A stretch of DNA of 56,320 nt from Betaproteobacteria bacterium. Lineage in GTDB: Bacteria; Pseudomonadota; Gammaproteobacteria; Burkholderiales; SG8-41. This document shows, one piece after another, positions 43,244 to 52,344 of this stretch (positions are counted from its first letter, which is position 1; each line of letters starts with the position of its first letter). The notes beneath the pieces were generated by a model, which did no database searches, was not told where the DNA came from, and worked only from the letters and a program-made list of their open reading frames with translations. Position numbers and translations under genes: made by a program. Where the stretch lies: contig CANIID010000002.1 in assembly GCA_947467315.1 (NCBI GenBank), positions 1 to 56,320 on the forward strand, read 5' to 3'.

Positions 43244-44868
43244 CGGTACGCAACGCTTTCCGCGTCCCACGCATCGGCGCTTAATCCTGCTTTCACCAGC
43301 GAATTTTTTTCCACCTTGTTGGTGCCAGTGCGCGGCAAGGTGTCCATGAATTCGATGTAGCGCGGCAACATGAATTTCGGCAAACGCGCGTTAAGCCACG
43401 CATGCAGATCGGCCGGTGCAAGCGCCGCGCCGGATTTCAGCACCGCCACCAGCCGGATATCGTCTTCGCCCGACGGCGCGGGATGCGCGATCACCACGCA
43501 CTCGGCAATCGCGGGATGCGCCGCGACGCCGCGCTCGACTTCGGACGACGACACGTTTTCGCCGCGTCGCCGGATGCGCTCTTTCATGCGGTCGATATAG
43601 AAATAGTTGCCGTCCGCATCGCAGCGGAGGATATCGCCGGTGTGAAACCACAGGTTGCGCCAGGCATCGAGCGTCGCCTGCGGCTTGTTGAGATAGCCCT
43701 GCATCGCGATGTACGGCTTGCGCGGGCGGCCCACCAGTTCGCCCGGTTCGCCCGGCGGCACCGGCAAATCATTGTTGTCCACCAATGCGAGATCCCAGTC
43801 TTCATGCGCGCGCCCTGTCGAGCCCAGCGTGCGCTCCGGGTAAGGGTTGTAGAGCATGAAGCTGGTTTCCGTCATGGAAAAGGCTTCCAGCGTGCGCACG
43901 CCGAAGCGCGCTTCGAAATCCAGATCATGCGCGGCATTAAAAATCGCGCGAACGCGATGCGCGCGGTCATACGCGCCGGGCGGTTGCGCCTGCACCAACG
44001 CCACCACCGCATGCACGATGTAGGCCAGCGTCGCCTTGCACTGCGCCGCCTGCTCCCAGTAGCGCGACGCGCTGAAACGCTCGCCGATCACGGCGTGCGC
44101 ACCGAGCACCAGCGCGGGCAGCGCGCACATGCGGCTCGACAAGCCGTGAAACAGCGGCAGCGGCGAATACAACACGTCGTCGCGCGTCATGCCTGACAGG
44201 CGCATGAAGGTGCAGGCCGACGAAAACGTCAATGCATTCGGCAGCATCACGCCCTTCGCCGGGCCGGTGGTGCCCGAGGTATACGAAATAAACTGAATGC
44301 GGCGAAAGTCGCCCGCAATTTCCGGATCGGCGCCCGTGCTTTGATAGAGCGTTTCAAACGGCACGATGCGGCTCTGCTCGACAATCGCTGCGGCGCCCGT
44401 GGTGTCGCCCATCACGGCGAGCCACGGAATCAACTGCTTGAACGCCGCGCGCATCGAATCCAGCGCGGGCAGCAGATCGTGCGAGACAATCACTACGTCG
44501 GCTTGCGCGTCTTCAAGCTGCGCTTCGAGCGCCATGCCCTTGAGATTGGTATTGAGCGGCACGATTGCCGCGCCCAGCAAGCTGCACGCGTACCACGTAA
44601 AAATAAATTCCGCGCAGTTGGGCAGCAACAGCAGCACACGGCCGCCCTCGCGGATGCCGCGGGCGGCCAGCCCACGCGCGAGATCGCGCGAGCGCCGCTC
44701 GGTTTCGGCAAACGTATAGGTGCGCGCCCCAAACGTGAGATAGGGCCGATCGCCATCCTCGGCGGCGCGTAGCCGCAGCAAGCGGCCGATGTCGCGTTGA
44801 TGGAGAGGCAGGTTGTAGAGCGGATCAGCGTCGTGCTGCGCCCGTCGATCGGATTGTTCGGATTTCAT
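43240..44868 (-). CDS. AMP-dependent acyl-CoA synthetase/ligase
   Basis: 542 aa. AMP-binding signature ISYTSGTTGPAKGVML, later WFHTGDIL..DADGNYFYIDRMKERIRRRGENV and the C-terminal lysine context GTNKVEK. Confidence 0.9.
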   Translation of the reverse strand: MKSEQSDRRAQHDADPLYNLPLHQRDIGRLLRLRAAEDGDRPYLTFGARTYTFAETERRSRDLARGLAARGIREGGRVLLLLPNCAEFIFTWYACSLLGAAIVPLNTNLKGMALEAQLEDAQADVVIVSHDLLPALDSMRAAFKQLIPWLAVMGDTTGAAAIVEQSRIVPFETLYQSTGADPEIAGDFRRIQFISYTSGTTGPAKGVMLPNALTFSSACTFMRLSGMTRDDVLYSPLPLFHGLSSRMCALPALVLGAHAVIGERFSASRYWEQAAQCKATLAYIVHAVVALVQAQPPGAYDRAHRVRAIFNAAHDLDFEARFGVRTLEAFSMTETSFMLYNPYPERTLGSTGRAHEDWDLALVDNNDLPVPPGEPGELVGRPRKPYIAMQGYLNKPQATLDAWRNLWFHTGDILRCDADGNYFYIDRMKERIRRRGENVSSSEVERGVAAHPAIAECVVIAHPAPSGEDDIRLVAVLKSGAALAPADLHAWLNARLPKFMLPRYIEFMDTLPRTGTNKVEKNSLVKAGLSADAWDAESVAYR

Positions 44869-44944
44869 GTGAATAACGAATAGGACGTGCGACGTATACT
44901 ACACTAGCAAAATCACCAGGCATCCAGCGAATTTGGAGAGAACC

Positions 44945-45967
44945 ATGATTGATTTGCCACCACCGTTACCTGCACGCGTCACGCTGATTATGTTGATCGC
45001 GTTGACTGCATTCATTCTGTTGGCGGCAATTGCGTCCCCTACGACGGTCTTCGCGCAGAACAACGCTCCGGCGGCGTATCCGAACAAACCCATACGCATG
45101 TTAGTGCCGTTTGCCACCGGCGGTGGCGCCGATGTGGTGATGCGGCCCTTCGTACAACGGCTGACCGAGCGTCTGGGTCAATCCATCGTCTACGAAAATC
45201 GCGGCGGCGCGGGCGGCGTGCTGGCCGGCGAAACCGTGGCGCGCGCCGCGCCTGACGGGTACACCCTGCTGGCGGGCGCGGTTTCCGTGATGACGGTCAC
45301 CGGAAATCTGATGAAGATTCCGTTTGATCCCGCCACGGATTTCGCGCCGATCACCAAGGTCGCGGATGTCACGAGCCTGCTGGGCGCTCGCCCCGGTCTC
45401 GCGCCGCGCACGCTGAAGGAAATGGTTGAATACGCGAAGGCGTCGCCCGGCAAGCTCATCTGGGGTATTTCCGGCATCGGCTCGGCGGGCCATCTGGCGA
45501 TGGAGCGCTTTCGCATGGAACAAGGCATCGACGTCACGCAGGTCATCTACAAAGGTGCCGGGCCCGGCACGCTCGCCCTGCTGAGCAACGAAATCGACAT
45601 CATGTCGGCGAACCCCGGCGTGTTCATGCCGCACATCAAGGCCGGGCGCCTGCGCGCCGTCGCCGTGTCGAGCGCGCAGCGCATCGCGATTCTGCCGGAT
45701 CTGCCCACCTATGCCGAAATGGGATTTCAGGGTTACATCCACGGATCGTGGTACGGTTTGGTCGCACCCGCGCGCACGCCGCCGACCCTCATTAACCGTC
45801 TGCACGAGGAAAGTATCAAGGTGCTGAAGGAGCCTGACATCATTGCCGTGTTCGCACGCGACGGCGGCGTGCCCGTCGGCAATACGCCGCAGGCGTTTGC
45901 ACGCGAAATACGCGAAGAAATCGCCGCTTCGGCGAAAATTATCCGCGCAGCGAAAATCAAACTGTAG
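44945..45967 (+). CDS. Bug/TctC-family periplasmic solute-binding protein
   Basis: ATG at 44945 after SD GGAGAG. Long signal peptide ...AIASPTTVFA. AYPNKPIRMLVPFATGGGAD, VIYKGAGPGTLA, NTPQAFAREIREEIA. Confidence 0.85.
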   Translation: MIDLPPPLPARVTLIMLIALTAFILLAAIASPTTVFAQNNAPAAYPNKPIRMLVPFATGGGADVVMRPFVQRLTERLGQSIVYENRGGAGGVLAGETVARAAPDGYTLLAGAVSVMTVTGNLMKIPFDPATDFAPITKVADVTSLLGARPGLAPRTLKEMVEYAKASPGKLIWGISGIGSAGHLAMERFRMEQGIDVTQVIYKGAGPGTLALLSNEIDIMSANPGVFMPHIKAGRLRAVAVSSAQRIAILPDLPTYAEMGFQGYIHGSWYGLVAPARTPPTLINRLHEESIKVLKEPDIIAVFARDGGVPVGNTPQAFAREIREEIAASAKIIRAAKIKL

Positions 45968-45979
45968 TCGCGCGCAGGC

Positions 45980-46849
45980 TCATTTCTCGACGGTTTCGCG
46001 CTCCACCGCCAGCATGCGTTCCATGCCTATCGTGTCATGCAAGGCGTGCTGCTCGTCTTTGTGCGTGGTGCCGGCCATCAGCGGATCGGGTACGCCGCGC
46101 GCCAGGCACTCGTAGCTCTGCTTCATGGCGCGGTGAAACGCCCACGCTGAAATGGAGCTGGCAAGTATGCGATAACCGAGCGCGCCCAGTTCATCCAGCG
46201 GCAAACCGGCGCCTTGCGCGCCATGCCCGCCCAGACCGAACATCAAGGGCGGAGGCAACTCGCGCGCGACGATTTTTGCTTCGTCGGCATTGCGCACGCT
46301 CAAGTACAGCATGTCGGCGCCGGCCTCGCGGTACGCCCGCGCGCGTTTGATCGCGTCGCCCATGCCGCCCGGCCCGCGTATGCCATTGGTGCGCGCGATG
46401 ATGACAAAATCAGGATCGCGCCGTGCCTTTACCGATTCGCGAATTTTAGCGGCCATCAATTCCAGCGGCGCCATGTGTTCGGTGCCGACGTGATGATGCG
46501 CGCGCTTGGGCAGAATTTGATCCTCGATTTCAATCGCGGCAAATCCTGCCACCTCCGCCATGCCGATGGTGTGGTGCATGTGCATCGGATCGCCAAAGCC
46601 CGCCGCGCCGTCAAGAATCAACGGCAGGCTGCACGCCGCACGGATATCGATGCCGGCCTGACATAGTTGCGTGATGTTGAGATTCGCTTCAAGGCAGCAA
46701 TTCAGATAGCCGATGGTGCCGCCGCCGAGATACAGCACCTCGAAGCCCGCGCCTTCAGCGAGTTTCGCGCTCAAGGGATTGAACACCGCCGGTGCGATCA
46801 AGGCGCGATTGCCGGCGAGTAACTGGCGTAATGTTTTTGCTGCGGTCAT
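45980..46849 (-). CDS. Isocitrate lyase / PEP mutase family enzyme (methylisocitrate lyase / carboxyvinyl-carboxyphosphonate phosphorylmutase-like)
   Basis: 289 aa. LRQLLAGNRALIAPAVFNPLSAKLAEGAGFEVLYLGG, AAIEIEDQ, IIARTN: the PEP-mutase/ICL superfamily pattern. Confidence 0.85.
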   Translation of the reverse strand: MTAAKTLRQLLAGNRALIAPAVFNPLSAKLAEGAGFEVLYLGGGTIGYLNCCLEANLNITQLCQAGIDIRAACSLPLILDGAAGFGDPMHMHHTIGMAEVAGFAAIEIEDQILPKRAHHHVGTEHMAPLELMAAKIRESVKARRDPDFVIIARTNGIRGPGGMGDAIKRARAYREAGADMLYLSVRNADEAKIVARELPPPLMFGLGGHGAQGAGLPLDELGALGYRILASSISAWAFHRAMKQSYECLARGVPDPLMAGTTHKDEQHALHDTIGMERMLAVERETVEK

Positions 46850-46883
46850 CGATGCTGCCTCCTTGGCTTATGTGCGCTACGTC

Positions 46884-47870
46884 TTACTTGACTTGAATCC
46901 CGACCTCTTTAATCAGCTTGGCCCAGCGCGTGATTTCGAACTCCAGATACTTGCCGAGCGCCTCGGGTGTGCCGCCGAGCGGCGTCACGCCCAGCGTCTG
47001 AAGCCGCTCCCGCACGTCCGGCATTTGCAGCATGCGCGTGATTTCGTTATTGAGCCGGTCCACGATCGCGCGCGGCGTGCGCGCCGGGGCAAACACGTTG
47101 TACCACGCGATCATCTCGTAGCCGGCCACACCCGATTCGCCGATGGTGGGTATGTCGGGCGCCACCTCCACCCGCTTTGCGCTGCTAACGCCCAGCGCGC
47201 GCAACTTGCCGCTGCGCGTATACGGCAGCGTGCCGGTGATCACGTTGAAAGTCCCTTGCACTTCGCCGCTCATCACGGAAGTCACCGCCGGCCCGCCGCC
47301 CTTGAACGGCACGTGCAGCATGTCGATGCCGGCCATGCTGCGAAACAATTCCATCGCCAAGTGCGACGAGGTGCCCGCGCCCGACGACGCGAAGATCACC
47401 TTGCCGGGTTGCGCCTTGGCCAAGCTGACCAGATCGCGCGCTGACTTTGCGGGCAACGACGGGTTCACCGCCAGCAGATAAGGCATCTGCGCCAGCAAAA
47501 TCACCGGTGCCAGATCCTTGACCGGATTAAACGGCAACTTATACAGCGACACATTCATCGCAACCCCGCCAGAGGTCGTCAGCAAGGTGTAGCCGTCCGG
47601 CGGCGCGCGCACCACCACGTCGATGCCGATGGTCGAACCGCCGCCGGGACGGTTGTCGATAATCACCGGCTGTCCCCAAACCTCGAACAATTTTTGCGAC
47701 AGCACGCGCCCCACCAGATCATTCGAACCGCCGGGCGTGAAGGGCACCACCAGCCGTATCGGTTTGCTCGGGTAATTGTCGCCGGCCGCGGCGGCGGCAG
47801 TAGTTGCGATGCCTGTTGTAACCGCCATCAGGCAGAGAATCTGCATTGATTTCCACATAAATCGTAACAT
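46884..47870 (-). CDS. Bug/TctC-family periplasmic solute-binding protein
   Basis: 328 aa. NYPSKPIRLVVPFTPGGSND, HVPFKGGGPAVTS, GTPEALGKYLEFEITRW. The start ATG at 47870 is embedded in AT-rich motif copy 8. Confidence 0.85.
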   Translation of the reverse strand: MLRFMWKSMQILCLMAVTTGIATTAAAAAGDNYPSKPIRLVVPFTPGGSNDLVGRVLSQKLFEVWGQPVIIDNRPGGGSTIGIDVVVRAPPDGYTLLTTSGGVAMNVSLYKLPFNPVKDLAPVILLAQMPYLLAVNPSLPAKSARDLVSLAKAQPGKVIFASSGAGTSSHLAMELFRSMAGIDMLHVPFKGGGPAVTSVMSGEVQGTFNVITGTLPYTRSGKLRALGVSSAKRVEVAPDIPTIGESGVAGYEMIAWYNVFAPARTPRAIVDRLNNEITRMLQMPDVRERLQTLGVTPLGGTPEALGKYLEFEITRWAKLIKEVGIQVK

Positions 47871-47882
47871 AATGTTTTTATT
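47861..47882 (-). repeat. AT-rich 22-nt motif, copy 8 (rc AATAAAAACATTATGTTACGAT)
   Basis: Same family, in sense orientation across the start codon of the Bug gene 46884-47870. Confidence 0.6.
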
Positions 47883-47972
47883 GAGTAATTTTTATAGCTC
47901 ACTGAAACCCGGATCAACCGGGCGCCCTCACCTGCGATGGTAAAATCTTTTCAACCACCAAGGAATATTCCC

Positions 47973-49082
47973 ATGAATTTAAAAATAGAGCGAGTCGAAG
48001 TATTTGCCGTAGCGATGCCTTTGATGGGCAACTTCCGAAGCGCTGGCGTGACCAAGCAGGCGACGAAATGCGTGGTGGTGCGCCTTACCGCATCGGACGG
48101 CACGGTGGGCATCAGCAGCATCGAACCGTCGGCCGTGGTCAAATCGCCGGGCACCGCTGCGGACCTTGCGGTCGCCATTCGCGAGCGCATCGCGCCGGCG
48201 CTGATCGGATTGGACCCGACCAACATCAACCGCTTGATCGCCTTGATGGACGGACTAACGCCTACACAGCCCGGCGCGGCCGCCGCGGTAGAAATGGCCT
48301 GCGTCGAACTCGCGGCGCGCAGTCAGGGCGTGCCGCTCTACACCTACCTCGGCGGTGCGGCGCATACCGAGGTGCTGTTCAATGGCTGGATCGGCGAGCT
48401 GCCGCCCGACGAGGCGGCAACCGAAGCGCGGCGCTGGCTCAAGGCCGGTTTTCGCTCGGCAAAAATCAAAGTCGGCGGCGGCATCGAAGCCGACCGCGAC
48501 CGCGTTGCCGCGGTGCGCGACGCGGTGGGCAACGCGATGAAGTTGCGCATCGACGCCAACTTGCAGTACGACGCCGACACTTCGCTGAAACTCTGTCGCA
48601 TGGTCAAGCCATATGACTTGCAACTCTTCGAGCAGCCGGCGCATTTGCGCGATCTCGATGGATTGGCGCGCGTGCGTCGCGAAGGCGGCATACCGGTGAT
48701 GGCCGACGAATCCGTCAGCGACCACGCCAGCCTGATCGCAGTCATCAAGGCCGGCGCGGCGGACTACGTCAAATTCGGCATCAAGCAGGCTGGCGGCATA
48801 CTGCGCGCCTCGCGCATGCTCGCCACCGCCGAGGCCGCGGGCATTCCGGTGGTCATCGGTCACGGCTTCGGTCTGGATCCGAGCACGCTGGCGGAAATCA
48901 TGCTGGCCGCGACCTCGCGCAATGTGCTGCCCGGACTCGAATGCGTGGGGCCGCTCAAGGTGGTCGATACGGTTGCCACCACGCGCCTGGATATTTCCTC
49001 GGGCAGCATGCCATTGCCTGACGGGCCGGGGCTCGGCATCACCCTCGATGACAGCAAACTCCAACAATACCGGATGCGGTAG
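47973..49082 (+). CDS. Mandelate racemase / muconate lactonizing enzyme (enolase superfamily) protein
   Basis: Trimmed to the ATG at 47973 (SD AAGGAA). MNLKIERVEVFAVAMPL, the KxK motif SAKIKVG, and metal ligands in RIDANLQY / LFEQP / MADES. Confidence 0.85.
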   Translation: MNLKIERVEVFAVAMPLMGNFRSAGVTKQATKCVVVRLTASDGTVGISSIEPSAVVKSPGTAADLAVAIRERIAPALIGLDPTNINRLIALMDGLTPTQPGAAAAVEMACVELAARSQGVPLYTYLGGAAHTEVLFNGWIGELPPDEAATEARRWLKAGFRSAKIKVGGGIEADRDRVAAVRDAVGNAMKLRIDANLQYDADTSLKLCRMVKPYDLQLFEQPAHLRDLDGLARVRREGGIPVMADESVSDHASLIAVIKAGAADYVKFGIKQAGGILRASRMLATAEAAGIPVVIGHGFGLDPSTLAEIMLAATSRNVLPGLECVGPLKVVDTVATTRLDISSGSMPLPDGPGLGITLDDSKLQQYRMR

Positions 49083-49102
49083 CGGTAGCGCAGACGCCGC
49101 CG

Positions 49103-50065
49103 CTACTCCGCTTTGATGTTGCCGGCCTTGACCACCTTCGACCACATCGCAATCTCGCGCGCGATGCGTTGTGAAAAAGCGTCGGGCGTGGAGTGTGCGG
49201 CTTCCAGATCGTAGCTGCGCAAACGTTTCGTCACGTCGGGCTGCTGGAGTATGCGCGCGAGCTCCTGATTCAACAGCGCGATGATCGGCTTGGGGGTGTG
49301 CTGGGGCACGCCGAGGCCGTACCAGAACGTCGCCGCATAGCCTGGCGCAATTTCCGCCATGGTGGGTAGATCGGGCGCCTCCGGCGAACGTTGCTCGCCG
49401 CTGACTGCAAGCAAACGCAGCTTGCCCGCGCTGGCGTGCGGCAAAAGCCCGGCGCCCGGCGCAAGGTAAAACTGTATCTGTCCGCCGAGCAAATCCGCGA
49501 TGGCGGCGCCGATGCCTTTGTACGGCACGTGAACCAGGTCGGTGCTGGTCATCTGACGAAACAGCTCGGTCGCAAGATGCGTGGAGCTGCCGATGCCGCC
49601 GGAACCGTAGTTCAGGCTACCCGGTTTCGCGCGCGCCAGATCGACAAACTCCTTCAGCGTCGCGGCCTTCACCGACGGGTGTACGGCGAGGAACATGGGG
49701 CCGGCGGCGATCAAGCCGACGGGGGCTATGGCTTTGAGCGGATCGTACGGCAGTTTATACAGCGCCGCGCTGCCCGAATACGCCGACGACATCATGATGA
49801 TCGTGTAGCCGTCCGGATTGGCGCGCGCCGTGATCGCGACGCCAAGCGTGGTGGCCGCGCCGGGACGGTTATCGACGATAAACTGCTGGCCGAATTTGTC
49901 GGTAAAGCGTGTCGCGATCATGCGCGCGACCGTGTCCACGCTGCCGCCAGCCGCCAGAGGCACGATGATACGCACCGGCTTTTCGGGCCACTTTCCCAAT
50001 TGCGCATGGGCAAGCTGCGCCGCTGCGGTAAGTACCACGAGTAGCAATGCAACGCGTCTGTTCAA
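49103..50065 (-). CDS. Bug/TctC-family periplasmic solute-binding protein
   Basis: 320 aa. MNRRVALLLVVLTAAAQLAHA signal, WPEKPVRIIVPLAAGGSVD, HVPYKGIGAAIAD, STPDAFSQRIAREIAMW. Confidence 0.9.
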   Translation of the reverse strand: MNRRVALLLVVLTAAAQLAHAQLGKWPEKPVRIIVPLAAGGSVDTVARMIATRFTDKFGQQFIVDNRPGAATTLGVAITARANPDGYTIIMMSSAYSGSAALYKLPYDPLKAIAPVGLIAAGPMFLAVHPSVKAATLKEFVDLARAKPGSLNYGSGGIGSSTHLATELFRQMTSTDLVHVPYKGIGAAIADLLGGQIQFYLAPGAGLLPHASAGKLRLLAVSGEQRSPEAPDLPTMAEIAPGYAATFWYGLGVPQHTPKPIIALLNQELARILQQPDVTKRLRSYDLEAAHSTPDAFSQRIAREIAMWSKVVKAGNIKAE

Positions 50066-50223
50066 TACCGGCCCTCCTCCCAGAATCCGCGGCTATCCTG
50101 CGCTTGTCACACAATGTCCGTCAAGCCGACGCCAGGATTTTGCGCTGGCCGGTGAGCGGTGCGACAATCACTCTCGGGTAAGCAAGCCCGCATGCGCCGG
50201 GCGTGTATCAGGGAGAAAGCAAA

Positions 50224-51309
50224 TTGAGCACTACCAAGACTCGGGAACTCGGCATTGCAGTGGTGGGCTCCGGCAGAATCGGTTCGTTGCGCGCGCGCAT
50301 GGCGGCGGCGCACCCCGCGGTTAAATTTCTTGCGGTGTCCGATCTCAGCGCCGACCGTGCCGCCCATCTCGCCGAACTCAGCGGCGCTGACTTTTCAACC
50401 ACCGATAATCTGGCGGCCATCTCGCACCCGCAAGTCAACGCGGTGATCGTCTCCACCAGCGAGCACGAACATCTTGAGCCCGTGATGCAGGCGCTCGAAC
50501 TCGGCAAGCCGGTGCTGGTGGAAAAGCCCATTGCCCTGACCCTGGCCGACGCCGATCGCATCATCGCCAAATCCGAGCAAACCGGAACGCCGCTGCACGT
50601 CGGTTATGCGCAGCGCTTCAAGCGCCGCTATCTGTCCGCCAAGGATCAAATCCTCGAAGGCCGCCTCGGCGAGATCACCGCGCTCACCGGGCGCGCCTGC
50701 AATACGCGCGCGCAAGGCATCGAAATCCTCAAGCGTTCCGCCATCGCAACCCCGGTGGTCGATGTGCTGACCTATTGGGTCGATGTCGCGGGCTGGTTTC
50801 TGGAAGGCATACGCCCGGTTGAAGTCACCGCGCGCGGACACGGTACCGTGTTTCGCGCGGCGGGCTACGACGTCAACGATGCCACGTTTTCGCTGATCAC
50901 GTATGAGAACGGCGCGGTGGTTAACCTCGGCGTCTACTTTGCGCTGCCGGCCCATGCGCCGCAACTCGGCATGGGTGTGCGCATCGAAGTGTATGGCTCC
51001 GAAGGCGCATTGATCCTCAACGACGATCACACCGACGAACTGCTGATCACCAATAAGGGCATTCCGCACGCCTATATCCCCGACCTCGAATTCAAGACCG
51101 CATTCCTGTCGTCATCCACGCCGGGTAACTGGCATCTGGGCGACTACTGGGGCCCGGTCGCGGACGAGTCGCGGGTGTGGCTCGACCATCTGTCACGCAA
51201 CCGCGCGTGCCCGATGGCCACCGCGCGCGAGGCGCGGCAAACACTCGAGATCACACTGGCCATCGAGGAATCCGCGCGCATCGGCAAGGCGGTAAGGCTG
51301 GGCAAATGA
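50224..51309 (+). CDS. Gfo/Idh/MocA family NAD(P)-dependent oxidoreductase
   Basis: LGIAVVGSGRIGSLRA Rossmann motif, STSEHEH, LVEKPIAL. TTG at 50224 after SD GGGAGAA; the track's GTG at 50203 is the alternative start. Confidence 0.85.
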   Translation: MSTTKTRELGIAVVGSGRIGSLRARMAAAHPAVKFLAVSDLSADRAAHLAELSGADFSTTDNLAAISHPQVNAVIVSTSEHEHLEPVMQALELGKPVLVEKPIALTLADADRIIAKSEQTGTPLHVGYAQRFKRRYLSAKDQILEGRLGEITALTGRACNTRAQGIEILKRSAIATPVVDVLTYWVDVAGWFLEGIRPVEVTARGHGTVFRAAGYDVNDATFSLITYENGAVVNLGVYFALPAHAPQLGMGVRIEVYGSEGALILNDDHTDELLITNKGIPHAYIPDLEFKTAFLSSSTPGNWHLGDYWGPVADESRVWLDHLSRNRACPMATAREARQTLEITLAIEESARIGKAVRLGK

Positions 51310-52328
51310 GCATTCGTCGCCGCCTTGAAACAGGCAAAGAGGAATATGTGATAAGTATATATTTTTATTCATTATTTTTTACGTTGTTACTGACAGCCTC
51401 TGCGCTCGTCGAGGCGCAAGCACCCGCCCCCGCACCGTTTCCCACGCGCCCGGTACGCCTGCTAACCGCGCAAGCCGCAGGGGGACCGACCGATGTCGTC
51501 GCACGCATATACGCAAGTCGGTTGTCTGAACTGCTCGGCCAGCAAGCGGTAGTGGACAACCGTCACGGCGCGGGCGGCAGCATCGCAGGAGAACTCACCG
51601 CGCGCGCGCCAGCCGATGGCTACACGCTCATGGTCGCAGCCAACGGCACACTGGCGGTCGCGCCGCATCTGATCAAATTGTCCTACGACGCACGCAAGGA
51701 TTTGACGCCGGTGGCGCTGATCGGCAACAGTCCGCTGGGCTTGATGGTCTATCCGCAACTGCCGGCCGCGTCGTTCAAGGAACTGATCGCGCTCGCTAAA
51801 GCGCGGCCCGGAAAAATAAACTTCGGCTCGTCGGCCACCGGCGCGACATCGCATCTTGCCAGTGAACTATTGAAAATGCTGGCCGGCATCAACATCATTC
51901 ACGTGCCGTATAAAGGCGCTGGCCCGGCATTGATCGCCATCATGTCCGGCGAAATCGAAATGCTGATTTCCGGTCTGTCGTCAGGCATGCCCTACGTCAA
52001 GCAAAAGCAAGTGCGCCTGCTGGCGGTGAGCAGCGCCAAGCGCGTGTCACTCGTGCCGGACGTGCCGTCGATGGCCGAGACCGTACCAGGATACGATGTG
52101 AGTTCCTGGTACGCCGTGCTCGCGCCCGTAGGCACGCCGCGCGCAATCATCGAGCGGCTGCATCAGGCTTCCACTGCGGCGGTGACGACGCCGGAAGTTC
52201 AAGCCAAACTGGTAACGGCCGGCGTGGAAATAGAAACACCTTCCCCCGCGCAACTGGCTGCAAAACTCAGCGCCGACTATGAGCGCTGGGGTAAAGTGGT
52301 CAAAGCCGCCGGCATCAAACCCAACTGA
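51306..52328 (+). CDS. Bug/TctC-family periplasmic solute-binding protein
   Basis: Track ORF 51177-52328 trimmed to the ATG at 51306, which overlaps the upstream TGA (ATGA). MSIRRRLETGKEEYVISIYFYSLFFTLLLTASALVEA, PFPTRPVRLLTAQAAGGPTD, HVPYKGAGPALIA, PSPAQLAAKLSADYERW. An alternative GTG lies at 51348. Confidence 0.8.
   Translation: MSIRRRLETGKEEYVISIYFYSLFFTLLLTASALVEAQAPAPAPFPTRPVRLLTAQAAGGPTDVVARIYASRLSELLGQQAVVDNRHGAGGSIAGELTARAPADGYTLMVAANGTLAVAPHLIKLSYDARKDLTPVALIGNSPLGLMVYPQLPAASFKELIALAKARPGKINFGSSATGATSHLASELLKMLAGINIIHVPYKGAGPALIAIMSGEIEMLISGLSSGMPYVKQKQVRLLAVSSAKRVSLVPDVPSMAETVPGYDVSSWYAVLAPVGTPRAIIERLHQASTAAVTTPEVQAKLVTAGVEIETPSPAQLAAKLSADYERWGKVVKAAGIKPN
51348..51369 (-). repeat. 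AT-rich 22-nt motif, copy 9 (rc AATAAAAATATATACTTATCAC)
   Basis: Same family, antisense inside the 5' end of the Bug gene that starts at 51306. Its extended flank AAAATAATGAATAAAAA matches copy 1. Confidence 0.55.
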
Positions 52329-52344
52329 TGAAATCGAAATCGTA

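Noticed and set aside
449-51369. Interpreting the 10-copy AT-rich motif as sigma-70 promoters, since its 3' half often reads TAnAAT.
   Set aside because: No -35-like hexamer lies at the correct spacing, and the copies occur in both orientations relative to the nearest gene. Two copies sit between convergent stop codons and several lie inside coding 5' ends. A simple promoter model does not fit.
51333-51375. Short antisense ORF starting MNKNIYLSHI... inside the 5' end of the Bug gene at 51306. It mirrors the MNKNNYLNII N-terminus of the Bug gene at 446.
   Set aside because: The similarity follows from AT-rich motif copies 1 and 9 being near-identical. Downstream the antisense frame has no Bug-like or other recognisable sequence and runs opposite to two supported genes. 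It is noted under the motif finding, not called as a gene.
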